A stretch of DNA of 64,000 bases from the human T2T-CHM13v2.0 reference genome, Homo sapiens, in assembly GCF_009914755.1 (NCBI RefSeq), contig NC_060926.1; one strand, 5' to 3'. Below the pieces are notes generated by a model that saw only the letters and a program-made list of their open reading frames with translations, had not been told where the DNA came from and did not search any database. The translations under genes were made by a program, and so were the position numbers. This document shows, piece after piece, positions 48,352-64,000 of this stretch. The first letter of the stretch is position 1. Each line of letters starts with the position of its first letter.

Positions 48352-48637
48352 AATTTATTTTTGTAGAGAAAGGGTTTTACTTTGTCATCCAAGCTGGAGT
48401 GCAGTGGTGCCATCACAACTCACTGCAGTGTTGACTTCCTGGGCTCAAGTGACCCTCTCACCTCAGCTTCTTGAGTAGCTGGGACCACAGGCATGCACCA
48501 TCATGCCTGGCTAATTTTTAAAGAGACAGGGTCTCGCTATGTTGTTGAGGCTAGTCTCAAACTCCTGGCCTCTAGTGATCCTCCCATCTTGGCCTCCCAA
48601 AGTGTTGGGAATATAGGCATGAGCCACTGTGCCCATC
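48352..48637 (-). mobile_element. AluJ
   Basis: Diverged reverse dimer. Confidence 0.88.
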
Positions 48638-48773
48638 CTTGAATTTCATACAGATTTATTTTTTTGGTTTAGTTTCTTTTTCTCAGCATGGTTATACTGA
48701 GGGTCATTCATGTTACTGTATGCATCATTAGTTCAGACGTTTTCATTGCTGAGCAGGATTCACACATGATTAG

Positions 48774-49082
<309 letters not shown>

Positions 49083-49468
49083 CACATGATTAACTTTTGA
49101 TAGCTTGAAACTTTTAGAATTTGCCCAACTCCAGGCAATCAAAAATAATGAACCAGTCTACCTCTAGTGCTGACCATCAACCTGGACATAGTGCACCGTT
49201 AACATGTTAACATGAGACTTAAATGCAAATTGTTTTCCTTATCGTTCTTTGCCTCTAGGATGCAAAATATTAACTAGAACTGCAGGAATAATGGATAAAA
49301 TGGTAAAAATCACCTTTGCCTTCCAAACTAGCCAAAGGGAAATGAAGACACGAGCTAGTCTCAAATATTATATCAATTCTTACAAAATCCTATTTAATTC
49401 AATTTTTGTGTTGCGAATTGAAAAGATTCTTGAGAAAAATATTGTTCAACATTTAAAGGATAATTTGG

Positions 49469-49909
<441 letters not shown>

Positions 49910-49954
49910 TTACCTTTTAAGAACAGCATTTTTACATTATAGAAGCAATAATGT

Positions 49955-50445
49955 TCAAACAGAAACTTAAATATGAACATAGCAGCACTATTTACAATAG
50001 ATATAAATGGAAACAGTCCATATGTTCACCAGCTGATAAATGGATAAACAAAATTTGTATATCCATACAATGTACTATTATTCAGTCATAAAAAGGAATG
50101 AAGTATTGGCCAGATGCTACAACATGAGAGAACCTTGAAAACATTATGCTAAGTGAAAAGCTGGACACAACAGGTCACATGTTGTGTTATTTCATTTATA
50201 CAAAATACCCAGAACAGGCAAATCCATAGAGACAGAAACCAAATTAGTGGTTGCCAGGGACTGGATAGGATAATGGGAGTGACTGTTTGATGGATACAGG
50301 GTTCCCTTTTGTTGCAATGAAAATGTTCTGGAACTAGATGGTTGCGATGATGGCACATTGTGAATGTACTAAATGCCATGAAATTTTACACTTTAAAATG
50401 CTGAAAATGGTAAATTTTGTTACGTGTACTTTACCACAATAAAAA
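49955..50445 (+). mobile_element. L1MB-type 3' end
   Basis: catagcagcactattta...gaaccttgaaaacattatgctaagtgaaa...taccacaataaaaa. Confidence 0.85.
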
Positions 50446-51048
50446 GCAATATATACCATGTAAAAATTTAGAAGGTATAGACAAGCTCAAAGGAAAATAA
50501 AAATAAATGTGCCTATCTATCAATCGTCTATCGTATATCTAGTTATGTCTCAGTAAAGACAGAATGTTGCTGTATGTATAATCTGTAGCCTAGTTTTTCT
50601 CTTAATATCGTAAATTCACATCATCTAATATTCTTTACAGTATTTTTAATGACTACAATATTCCATCGAATTAAGGAAAAATAATTTCTTAGGCCAGTCT
50701 CCTATTATTGAGCATTTAGTTTATATATATTATGAATAATATTGAAATATTCTTGTAGGTAAGTATTTGCCCACATTTGTGATTATTTTCTCAGAACAAA
50801 TTCTGGGATGTTGAATTGCCCAGGTAAAGAATGTAAACATTTAAAAAATTGATAGACTTTTAAAAAACATTTCTAGAGTTACAGAAGAATTGAATAGAAG
50901 GTTTCTGTATACCATCCCCACCTTCGGTTGCCCCTATTATTAACACCATACATTACTATGGTACATTTGTTACCATATGTAACAGATTAACAAATTGATA
51001 TTGATTCATAATTTTTAACTAAAGTTCACACTTATTCAAATTACCTTA

Positions 51049-51805
51049 TGTATTAGGGTTCTCTAGAGGAACAGAATTAATGGAATATATATTATATACT
51101 ATAATATGTATAATATATATAAATAATATATAAATTATATATAATATATATTATATATATTATATAAATTATATATAATATATATTATATATATTATATA
51201 AATTATATATAATATGTAATATAAATTTTGTAATATAAATTATATAATATAAATTATATATAATATATAATTAATATATAATAAATTAATATATATAATA
51301 TATAATTATATATAATTTATATGATATATATAATTATATATTATATATAAATTATTATATATATCATAAATTATATATATCATATAAATTATATATAATA
51401 TACATTATGTACATAATATATGATATATAATATATAATATATATAAATTATATAATATATTATATATAAATTATAATATATAATATATATAAATTATAAT
51501 ATATATAAATATATATTAAATAACTTGGAGTCCAATGTTTGAGGGCAGGAAGCATCCAGCGTGGGAGAAAGATGTAGGCTGGGCGGCTAGGTCAGTTTCT
51601 CTTTTCCCATTTTTCTGCCTGCTTATATTCTAGCTGGGCTGGCAGCTGATTAGGTGGTGCCCACTCAGATTAAGGGTGGGTCTACCTTTCCCAGCTCAGG
51701 GACTCAAATGTTAATCTCCTTGGCAACATCCTCACAGACACACCCAGGATTAATAATTTGTACACTTCAATCCAGTCAAGTTGACACTCAGTATTAACCA
51801 TCACA
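51049..51805 (-). mobile_element. MLT2A (ERVL) solo LTR with an internal AT-rich expansion
   Basis: tgtattagggttctctagagg...ttgacactcagtattaaccatcaca; perfect 5-bp TSD cctta at 51044-51048 and 51806-51810; sits inside an old L1M. Confidence 0.9.
51085..51523. repeat. ~440 bp interrupted (TA)n / AT-rich tandem repeat
   Basis: Almost pure A/T with a recurring unit tataaattatatataatatatat. Confidence 0.95.
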
Positions 51806-52012
51806 CCTTAGTTTTTATCTAATGTCCATTTTTTGTAGTTGTTCAAGGATCCCATCGAGGATACCACATTATATATATATATGAAGTAATGGATACATTA
51901 ATTAACGTGTATATACTTTAGCTAATTATAATATATATAATTAATAACTATATATTATACATATATGCATATATATAATACAATATACACATATACATAT
52001 CTATCTATATAT

Positions 52013-52302
52013 TTTTTTGAGACAGGGTCTTGCTCTGTCGCCCAGGCTGGAGTGCAGTGGCGCCATCTCAGCTCACCACAGCCCCCACCTCCTGGGCTCA
52101 GATAATCCTCCTGCCTCAGCCTTTTAAATAGCTGGGACTACAGGTGTGCACCACCATGCCTGGTTAATTTTTGTACTTTTTGTAGAGACAGGGTTTTGCC
52201 ATGTTTCCCAGGCTGGTCTCAAACTCCTGGGCTTAAGCCATCCTCCTGCCTCAGCCTCCCAAAGTACTGGGACTATAGGCATGCACCACCATGCCCGGGC
52301 CC
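52013..52302 (-). mobile_element. AluJ with an AT-rich expanded tail (51870-52012)
   Basis: Reverse dimer with J-type diagnostics. Confidence 0.88.
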
Positions 52303-52866
52303 ATGTTATATTTAGCTGTCATGTCTCAGCCTCCCCTTGGCTGTGACAGTTTGTAGACTTTCTTTGTTTTTGGTTCCTTGACAGTTTTGAGGAATACTGG
52401 TTTAGGTATTTTATAGAATGTTCCTCAGTTAGAATTTGTCTGATATTCTCATGACTAGATTGGGATTCTGGGTTTAGGGGAAGATCACAGAGGTAGTATG
52501 CCATTTTCATCACATCATATCAAGGGTACATACTATCAATGTGATCTGTGACTGTTGATGTTGACCTTGATCCCTGGCTGTGCAGCATTTGTCCCGGTGC
52601 TCCCCTGTGAACTTCCTCCTCCCCGCCTCCACACTATACTCTTTGGAAGTAAGTAGCTACTTCTGATATGTGTATAATTGTGAAATGGTTAAATCAAGCT
52701 AATTAACATATTCATTACTTCACATATTTCTTGTGATGAGAACATTTAAGATCTACGCTCTTAGCAATTTTGAACTATACAGTACATTATTATTAACTAT
52801 AGTCAGCAGGTTGTACAATAGATTTACTGAACTTATTTATCCTAAGTGAAACTTTGTACCCTTTGA

Positions 52867-53262
<396 letters not shown>

Positions 53263-53502
53263 TAAGTGAGATCACACAGTATGTGTCTTTCTGTTCCTGG
53301 CTTGTTTTACTTAGGTTGATGTCTTCCAGGTTCATCCATGTTGTCGTAAATTACAGGATTTCCTTTTTTTTTTAAAGGTGAAAATAATATTTCAGTGTGC
53401 ATATTTACCACATTTTCTTTTTCTATTCATCTATTGTTGGACAGTTAGGTTGATTCTGTATCTTGGCTATTGTGAAGAATTCTGCAATGAATAGGCATAC
53501 TG

Positions 53503-53627
53503 ATTTTTTTCTTTCTTTTTTTTCTTTTAGCAATGGACTCAGGCTGGTCTCCAACTCCTGACCTTAGGTGATCCGCGTCGGCCTCCCAAAGTTCTTGGAT
53601 TACAGGCGTGAGCCACCGCACCCAGCC
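53503..53627 (-). mobile_element. Alu left monomer inside the L1
   Basis: Left arm only with a T-tail; TSD aggca(t/g)actgattt. Confidence 0.8.
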
Positions 53628-55216
53628 AGGCAGACTGATTTCAATTCTTTTGGTTATACACCCAGTAGAGAGATGGCGGGATCACATGGTAGTCCTCTTT
53701 TTAATTTTTTTGAGAAAACTTCATACTGTTTTCTATAATGGCTGTACTAATTTACATTTCCATTAGCAGTGTGCCAGGGTTCCCTTTTCCCCACATCCTC
53801 ACCAACACTTGTTTTCTTTTGTCTTAATAAAAGCCATTCTGACAGGTGGGCGGTGATACCTCATTGTGGTTTTGATTTGCAGTTCCTTGATGATTAGTGA
53901 TATTGAACATCTTTTCATTTACCTGCTGGCCATTTGTATGTCTTCCTTTGAGAAATGTCTATTCCTGAATAGCTTTTGCCCATTTTTTAACAGAGTCTTT
54001 TAAAATATTGAGTTGTTTTAGGTCCTCATGTATTTTAGATATTCCTTATCAGATGTATGGTTTGCAAATACAATATTTCCTCTCATTCTGTAGGTTGTCT
54101 CTTTACTCTGTTAATTTTTCCCTTTGCTGGACAAAAGCTTAGTTTGATGCAACCCATTCGTCTATTTTTACTTTGGTCACTTGTGGTTTTTGAGTCATAT
54201 TTTAAAAATCATTGCCCAGGCCAATGTTATGAAGCTTTCTCCTATTTCCTTCTACTAGTTTTACAGCTTCAGACCTTATGTTTAAGTCTTTAATCCATTC
54301 TGAGTTGATTTTTATCTATGATGTGAGATAAAGGTCCAATTTCATCCTTCTGCATGTGGACATCCAGCTTTCTCAATATCATCTATCGAAGAAACTGTCT
54401 TTTCCACATGTATGTTCTTAGTACCTCTGCTGAAAATCAATTGATGTTAATAAATTCAGTCAAGTTGCAGGATGCAAAATCAACATACAAAAATCAATAG
54501 GATTTCTATATACTAACAATGAACTATCAGAAAAAGAAATAAAACAATTCTACTTACAATGGCTTCAAAAAAAGTAAAATACTTTGGAATAAATTTAACC
54601 AAGGAGATGAAAGATCTGTGCACTGCAAACTTTAAAACCTTGATGAAAGAAATTGAAGACACAGATAAATGGAAGGATATTCTGTGTTCATGGATTGGAA
54701 CAATTAATATTGTTAAAATGTCCATATTACCGAAAGTCATCTACAGATTCAATGCAATATCTATCAAAATTCTAATGTCATTCTTCACAGAAATAGAAAA
54801 AATAGTCCTAAAATTCATACGGATCCACCAAAAGTGCTGAATACCTAAGGCAATTGAGTAAAAGGAACAAAGCTGGAGGTATCACACACTATCTGATTTC
54901 AAAATGTACTGTAAAGCTAAAGTAATTAAAACAGCAAGGTCCTGGCATAAAAATACACAGACTAATGGAACAGAATAGAGAGCTCAGAAATAAATACCCT
55001 GATAAATTTATCTTCAGAAAGTTATTATTTTCTAAAGTTGAGTACTCATAATATGAGAGAACATGACTTGACTAGACTGAGTTTTATCTCTGAACCAGGA
55101 AACAGTGGACACATTTCAAGATGGGTAACTGTAAATTATGGCCTCTCTTAAGGATTTCTGGAGCTGGTTTTAATGTTTCAAAGAATCTCAAAATGCGCTA
55201 AGAGCAGAGGGGCAAG

Positions 55217-55487
55217 TGTGTAATCCCAGCCTTTTGGGAGGCTGAGGTGGGAGAATCACCTGAGCCCAGGAGTTCGAGACCAGCCTGGGCAACATGGCAA
55301 GAGCCCATCTCTACAAAAATTTAAAAAATTAGCTGAATGTGGTGGTGCACACCTGTAGACCCAGCTACTTAAAGGGCTGAGGTGGGAGGATCATGTGAGG
55401 CTGGGAGGTTGAGGCTGCAGTGAGTCATGATTACACCACTGTACTTCAGCTTTGGTGACATAGTGAGACCCTGTCTCAAAAATAAAA
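55217..55487 (+). mobile_element. AluJ (5' end clipped)
   Basis: Diverged dimer starting tgtaatcccagc. Confidence 0.88.
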
Positions 55488-55644
55488 GGTGTGATTGTTA
55501 AATAAAAAGACTAATTTTCTCACAATCTGCGTTAGTTTACTAGGGATACCATAACAAAGTACTACAAACTGGGTAGTGTAGGCAACAGAAATTTCTTTCT
55601 TCCCAGTTCTGGAAGCTGGAAGTCCAAGGTGTCAGCAGGGTTGA

Positions 55645-56001
<357 letters not shown>

Positions 56002-57202
56002 CCATGTCATCTTGATATAGCAAAAGAGGACTGGAGACTGCTGCCCATAGGTCTCAGTGGCACAGGAGGGCACCCACAGTGTCCCAAAACCTTCCTTGTG
56101 GAATGTGATTTAGCAGAGAAAGAAAGAGCCACTGGGAACCCAGGATAAGATGAGAACTGGGTCGGGACTGAGCTGCACTCTCAATGGAGAAAACAAATGA
56201 GAGCCCCTTTGTGTTCCGTGGGCCACCCAGGTCCTCTTTCAAGGGAGTGCCTAAACTCTGTGATGCCCAGAGGCACACAGGACTCATTAAGACCAAGAAG
56301 TGGACTTTTTGGATAAGCCATTGAGAGCTTAAATTCAATTCCAGAGTGGAGGGAGAGGGGGGGAATAAAAGGGAGAGAAAGAGTTTTAAACTGAATTGTG
56401 ACTGCATTGTAAACTGGAATTGACTAAGAAATGACCGAATTTGAATGAGTTTATCTGAAAGTGACTAGATTAAATTTTCTCTGAGGCAGAATGGAGGCTC
56501 AAGGCAGAAATTACACTCAATTATAAAAGAATAGAGAAAATTATATTTTTGCACACTCAAGTCAGTGACTGTGAAATTTGTACTGGCTCCAATAATTACA
56601 AGCGGCCAGGTGTCAGTCAAATCTCTAGAATAGACCAAGGGATCATTATGTGCTGTTCTTCCAAGTTATTACCTGATCTGTGGCTGTACCTCAAAAGGTC
56701 AACACAATGTCTTATCAGAAATCATGATGAAACCCATTCACATTTCTCTTCGCAATGTTCTCTTGCTGTCAGAAAGTGGAACCAAGCCTTGTGAGGTGGA
56801 AAAGGTACATTTTTCAGAGTTCTGAGGAGGCGTAGGCCGGGTTATAAACCTATGACCAAAAGAGGGAAAGTAAGAAATTGCAGGTAGTGCTGGATATCTT
56901 CTGCCTGCCCCTGCAGACCACTGTCCCCACCTCCCCACACTTCTTCTGGGAGGCATATCCCTGTTCATGGCATTGCTGGGGCTCCTGCTCTTGAGAGGCA
57001 TTGGCAAGAAATCAGAGGAAGAGAGTGAGTTTGTTGGCAGTGGAAGGTATCCAAGTTACTGGTGGCAAATCTGTACCGGTCTGCAGCAACCTTAGTTCTT
57101 GCCTCCTCAGAAAAAAGAACTCGACTGAGGGGCATAAGGTAGAAAAAGACACCAAGGCAAGTTTTAGGGCAGAGTGAAAGTTTATTAAAAAGCTTTAGAG
57201 TG

Positions 57203-57483
<281 letters not shown>

Positions 57484-57497
57484 CTAGACAGGAATGA

Positions 57498-60419
<2,922 letters not shown>

Positions 60420-61905
60420 AAAGTATTCTTGGAGGAGGGCCAAGTGGGCATCTTGGAGGACAGTGTCTCCTTTGATCTTGGACTAAGGGTTTTATATGTT
60501 GGCATACTTCCAGCATCTTGCGTCCCTTTTCCCTTGACTCTTCCTTTGGGGTGAGCTGCCTGTACGTGTGGTGTCCTGCTAGCACTTGGGAGGTGGGCAT
60601 ATGCGGTGTTTACCGGAGTTGTATGCATGCTCACTTGAGGCATTCTTCCCTCTACCTGCGGGATGTCCCTGGAAAGTCTTATATTGGTTAAACGCTGCCC
60701 TTTTGCCTCTTATTGCACATGCTGGAGCTCACTCGCCCATCTCCTGAGATCTTATCAGGAAGCGGCTGATCACCAGTTTCAGGTTTTTTCTATCTGTGGG
60801 GAGAGTTCCTTTCCCTGGTGCTGGCTGCGACTAATTATTATTTTAGACAGACAGTTAACAATGCTTGACCATCACCTGATGGTTGCCTGACATTCTTGGT
60901 CAGGTGGAGGCCTCTTCTGCCTTGCTCATGCCTGACCAGCTACCTACTGTAACAAGTCAGGATACTGATTTCTCTGTCCTCCCTGCCAGTCCCCATGGGC
61001 TGGCTGCAGCCCTCTCCGGAGGACCACAGCCCCTATCAGGCAACCCCATTCCACACAGTCACCCTCTCTCGGCTCCAAAAATCACTCTCTCTCCTTGCTT
61101 TCAGGCTAGGGTAGTAACATACTTTTAATACTGCCCCAAAGTACTGCCCTTTTTCTGAGGGTTTCCCTAAACTTTGCCCACACCCTTGAAAATCATACTT
61201 TTATTAAACACTTTACTAATAAACTGCTGCATCTCCTATAGTGTTCTTGGCTGATGCTTTGGAGATGGTTATATGCTGTATAGCAAAGCTCTATGCCATC
61301 TGCATGAACATAGGGAGTGGGCCATGTGAACGTGTGTGCTCCAAACAGCACGTTTTCTTCACACAGCTGAGTCAAGAGCCCTGAGTGAGCAAGACTAGTG
61401 ATTTCTCAGGTGACATGCTTGCTTACTGTAGTACAGGTTCCAGAGTCTTTTGTACATGATTCTGGTTGTACTTCGAGATCTTTCAGCTCTTTAGGATCTT
61501 CAGTATAAATAGTAATTATTGCAATAGATGTGAAAAAAAAATGATAGCTTATAGAAAATTCTGGGTACTAAGGGGTTGGCTATTCCTTTTAAAGCCAGGA
61601 GTGAACATTTCTAGGTTAAGGATTTCTATTAGGAAGACAATGACTGAGAATTCACGTTCATATTGAAAGAGGGCAGGGAGAAGTCACTCATCATAGGCAG
61701 CTTCTATTCTGTCAGCAGTGGTATTTCAATAGAGACTGTGATCTCCCCAGCTCCTAGCCAATGGTTTCCTGTTTGAAGAAAGTCCCAGAGGCTCCAAGGC
61801 TCCCCTCGCCTGGATGTGCTCCACAGAGTGATACCTCCTCAATTTCTTAAATGTTCTTTATGCCATTAACACAATATTTTTATTTTTAAATAGATATATG
61901 ACCTT

Positions 61906-62217
<312 letters not shown>

Positions 62218-63134
62218 CTAGAAACTACACAGTAGTGGTTTGGTCAAAAGGGCTTGGAATTTATTAAGAGCTAGAACCATGCACCATGTTTTGTGTGTCA
62301 TGCTCACTTTTTTAGTAGGGAGACCAGAAAAATGCCACCATGGGGTATTTTCAGCTAAAATGAATGAAGTTAGACGTTATCTTTCCAAAGACTTGCCACA
62401 AACCATGAAGCTCTGGGCCTGGCACTGGACAGCAGTTCTTTCCTTGGGTGTGAAGCGATGGCTGATCTGTTTGCAGAAAAGAAAATCAACAAAGACCAGC
62501 AATTTGTACTGACCTCCTCTGTTCTTTAGAGCGTGTCAGAGAGCACGATTTCAAAACACACTGGGACCGCAGGTCTCTCATTAGTCAAAGACACCCCTGC
62601 AACCTTGCCCTGGGTGATGTGGCAATTTGGGCAAAGATGGGAAGTGTTTTGCCCTCCTAAGCTGAGCCTCTGGTAGTGACCACTCCCGGCACCCAAAGAT
62701 ACTTTGTGACCTCCGATGGGCTGATTGCTCCCTCCCTCTGTTCCTACCATTCCGGATTCTACCATATGAGATAAAGTTTGTGTCTCATAGACTCCACGAC
62801 ATCAGTGAAGCTTGTGTTTTAGAGATGCAATATCCAATTCTGGAAACAGCCTTTTCTTGGCCCACTTCAAGAAGTTGGACTAAGCTTCAGGAAAACTGAT
62901 ATAGAAGGAGCCCCAGATGGGGATGCAGGGTGACCCAGGTCCTTGACGACTTGACAGTGACTCTGAGTCTCCTCAAACTTCCTGGGCTACTTTGCTGTGA
63001 AGTGAAAGTCCAGGCCCCATTTATGTTTCTTCTTCCTCTGCTATTGCTGCTGGCAGCCGATGAGGTAGGTGAAGGGTCATAATTAATAGTGTTCGGCCCT
63101 TTAAATCTGGTCTCCATAGCACCTCCACAATGCC

Positions 63135-63400
63135 ATTATTGTGTTCGTGCTGCCTGTGGGGACGCTGGCTGGTGCTCTCAAAGGAGGACTCTAAGGGAGG
63201 CCTGCTGAAGCCTGCCACCACCACCAGGTTTTCTGTAATTGGATCTGCACAGGGGCCTCAGGGAGTACAGTATGAAAACACCCATTTCCATGCACTCCCA
63301 ACCAACACGCTGAACAATCTGTACTCTTGGTGAGAAAGACCCATGAGGGACTGAAAATTCTTTTTCTACGTGACACTGAGAAGACAGTCACATGGTTTGG
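63135..63400 (+). other. Candidate upstream non-coding first exon of CLIP4 (start uncertain)
   Basis: Island of unique sequence ending in a strong donor TGG|GTAAGT at 63401, with a second donor GAG|GTGAGT at 63473. The link to CLIP4 rests on my recollection of gene order, not on this sequence. Confidence 0.35.
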
Positions 63401-63669
63401 GTAAGTCTCACTAGAAAACCAATCTCCTGTCCATACAGCCCTCTGATGAAACTCATTTCTGCTAAGGCAGAGGTGAGTATCCTGAACACAGCGTAGCATT
63501 ATTTTAGACAGATGAGTGTGGGTTTCAGTAACTGGATATATAATGAGGCAACTTTGACATATTTTACAGGAATGCAACCTTTTGTACGTAATGGAATGAT
63601 CAGAAAGTCAGTTCAGCACTCCAAACTTAAAAGGAGTATTAAAAATGCTTCACAATTGACTTTTTTTCT

Positions 63670-64000
63670 TCTTACGATCAATGAATAGATAATGCTACAT
63701 TATTATGAACTAAAGCCTGTGGTTTACATTAGGATTCACTTTTGTGTTTTACATTCGGTGGGTTTTGACAAATGTATAATGTCGTATGTCCACCCTTACG
63801 GTATCATGCAGAATAGTTTCACTGCCTTTAAAAGTCTCCTGTGCTCCATCTGGTCATCCTTCCCGCTCTCTTTCCCAGCCCTGACAACCACTGATCATTT
63901 TACGGTCTCCATTGTTTCACACAGCTTTTTCAGCCTAGCTTCTTCACTTAACAATATGCACTTAAGTTTTCTCCGTTTGTTCATGGCCTGATAGCTCATT
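63670..64000 (-). mobile_element. Old L1M (MC-type) 3' fragment running off the window
   Basis: gggttttgacaaatgtata...cagaatagtttcactgcc..aaaa...acaaccactgatc motifs. Confidence 0.75.

Noticed and set aside
51085-51523. Periodic array resembling a CRISPR-like repeat-spacer structure
   Set aside because: No unique spacers; it is a degenerate (TA)n expansion inside an LTR in a human genome.
62887-63333. Possible processed pseudogene or small coding gene
   Set aside because: The short ORFs resemble no protein I recognise, and there is no polyA tail or TSD.

Overview
Human genomic DNA that I recognise as the chr2p23 TOGARAM2-PCARE-(CLIP4) interval. The + strand carries the last four coding exons of TOGARAM2/FAM179A (921-1113, 1998-2214, 10782-10868, 17215-17552), which encode the C-terminal TOG/HEAT domain, and its polyA signal. 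The - strand carries the complete two-exon retinal gene PCARE/C2orf71 (CDS 39720-36053 joined to 30523-30325, 1288 aa) with a ~3.2 kb 3' UTR and a promoter containing CRX/NRL-type motifs. From ~41 to 62 kb the sequence is intergenic and dense in transposons: Alus, L1 fragments, several solo LTRs with intact TSDs, and a 2.9 kb L1PA nested in an LTR. A possible upstream non-coding exon of CLIP4 lies near 63.1-63.4 kb. Most short ORFs in the track are repeat-derived or chance. I found no new gene or prokaryote-style system. The best leads are post-transcriptional controls on PCARE: a uORF cluster including a 31-aa uORF in perfect Kozak context, a stop codon embedded in the splice donor followed by intronic polyA signals, a triple CAG acceptor, and retinal miRNA seed matches. 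Gene and repeat-family names are from recognition by eye, not database searches, and repeat boundaries are approximate unless TSDs are given.
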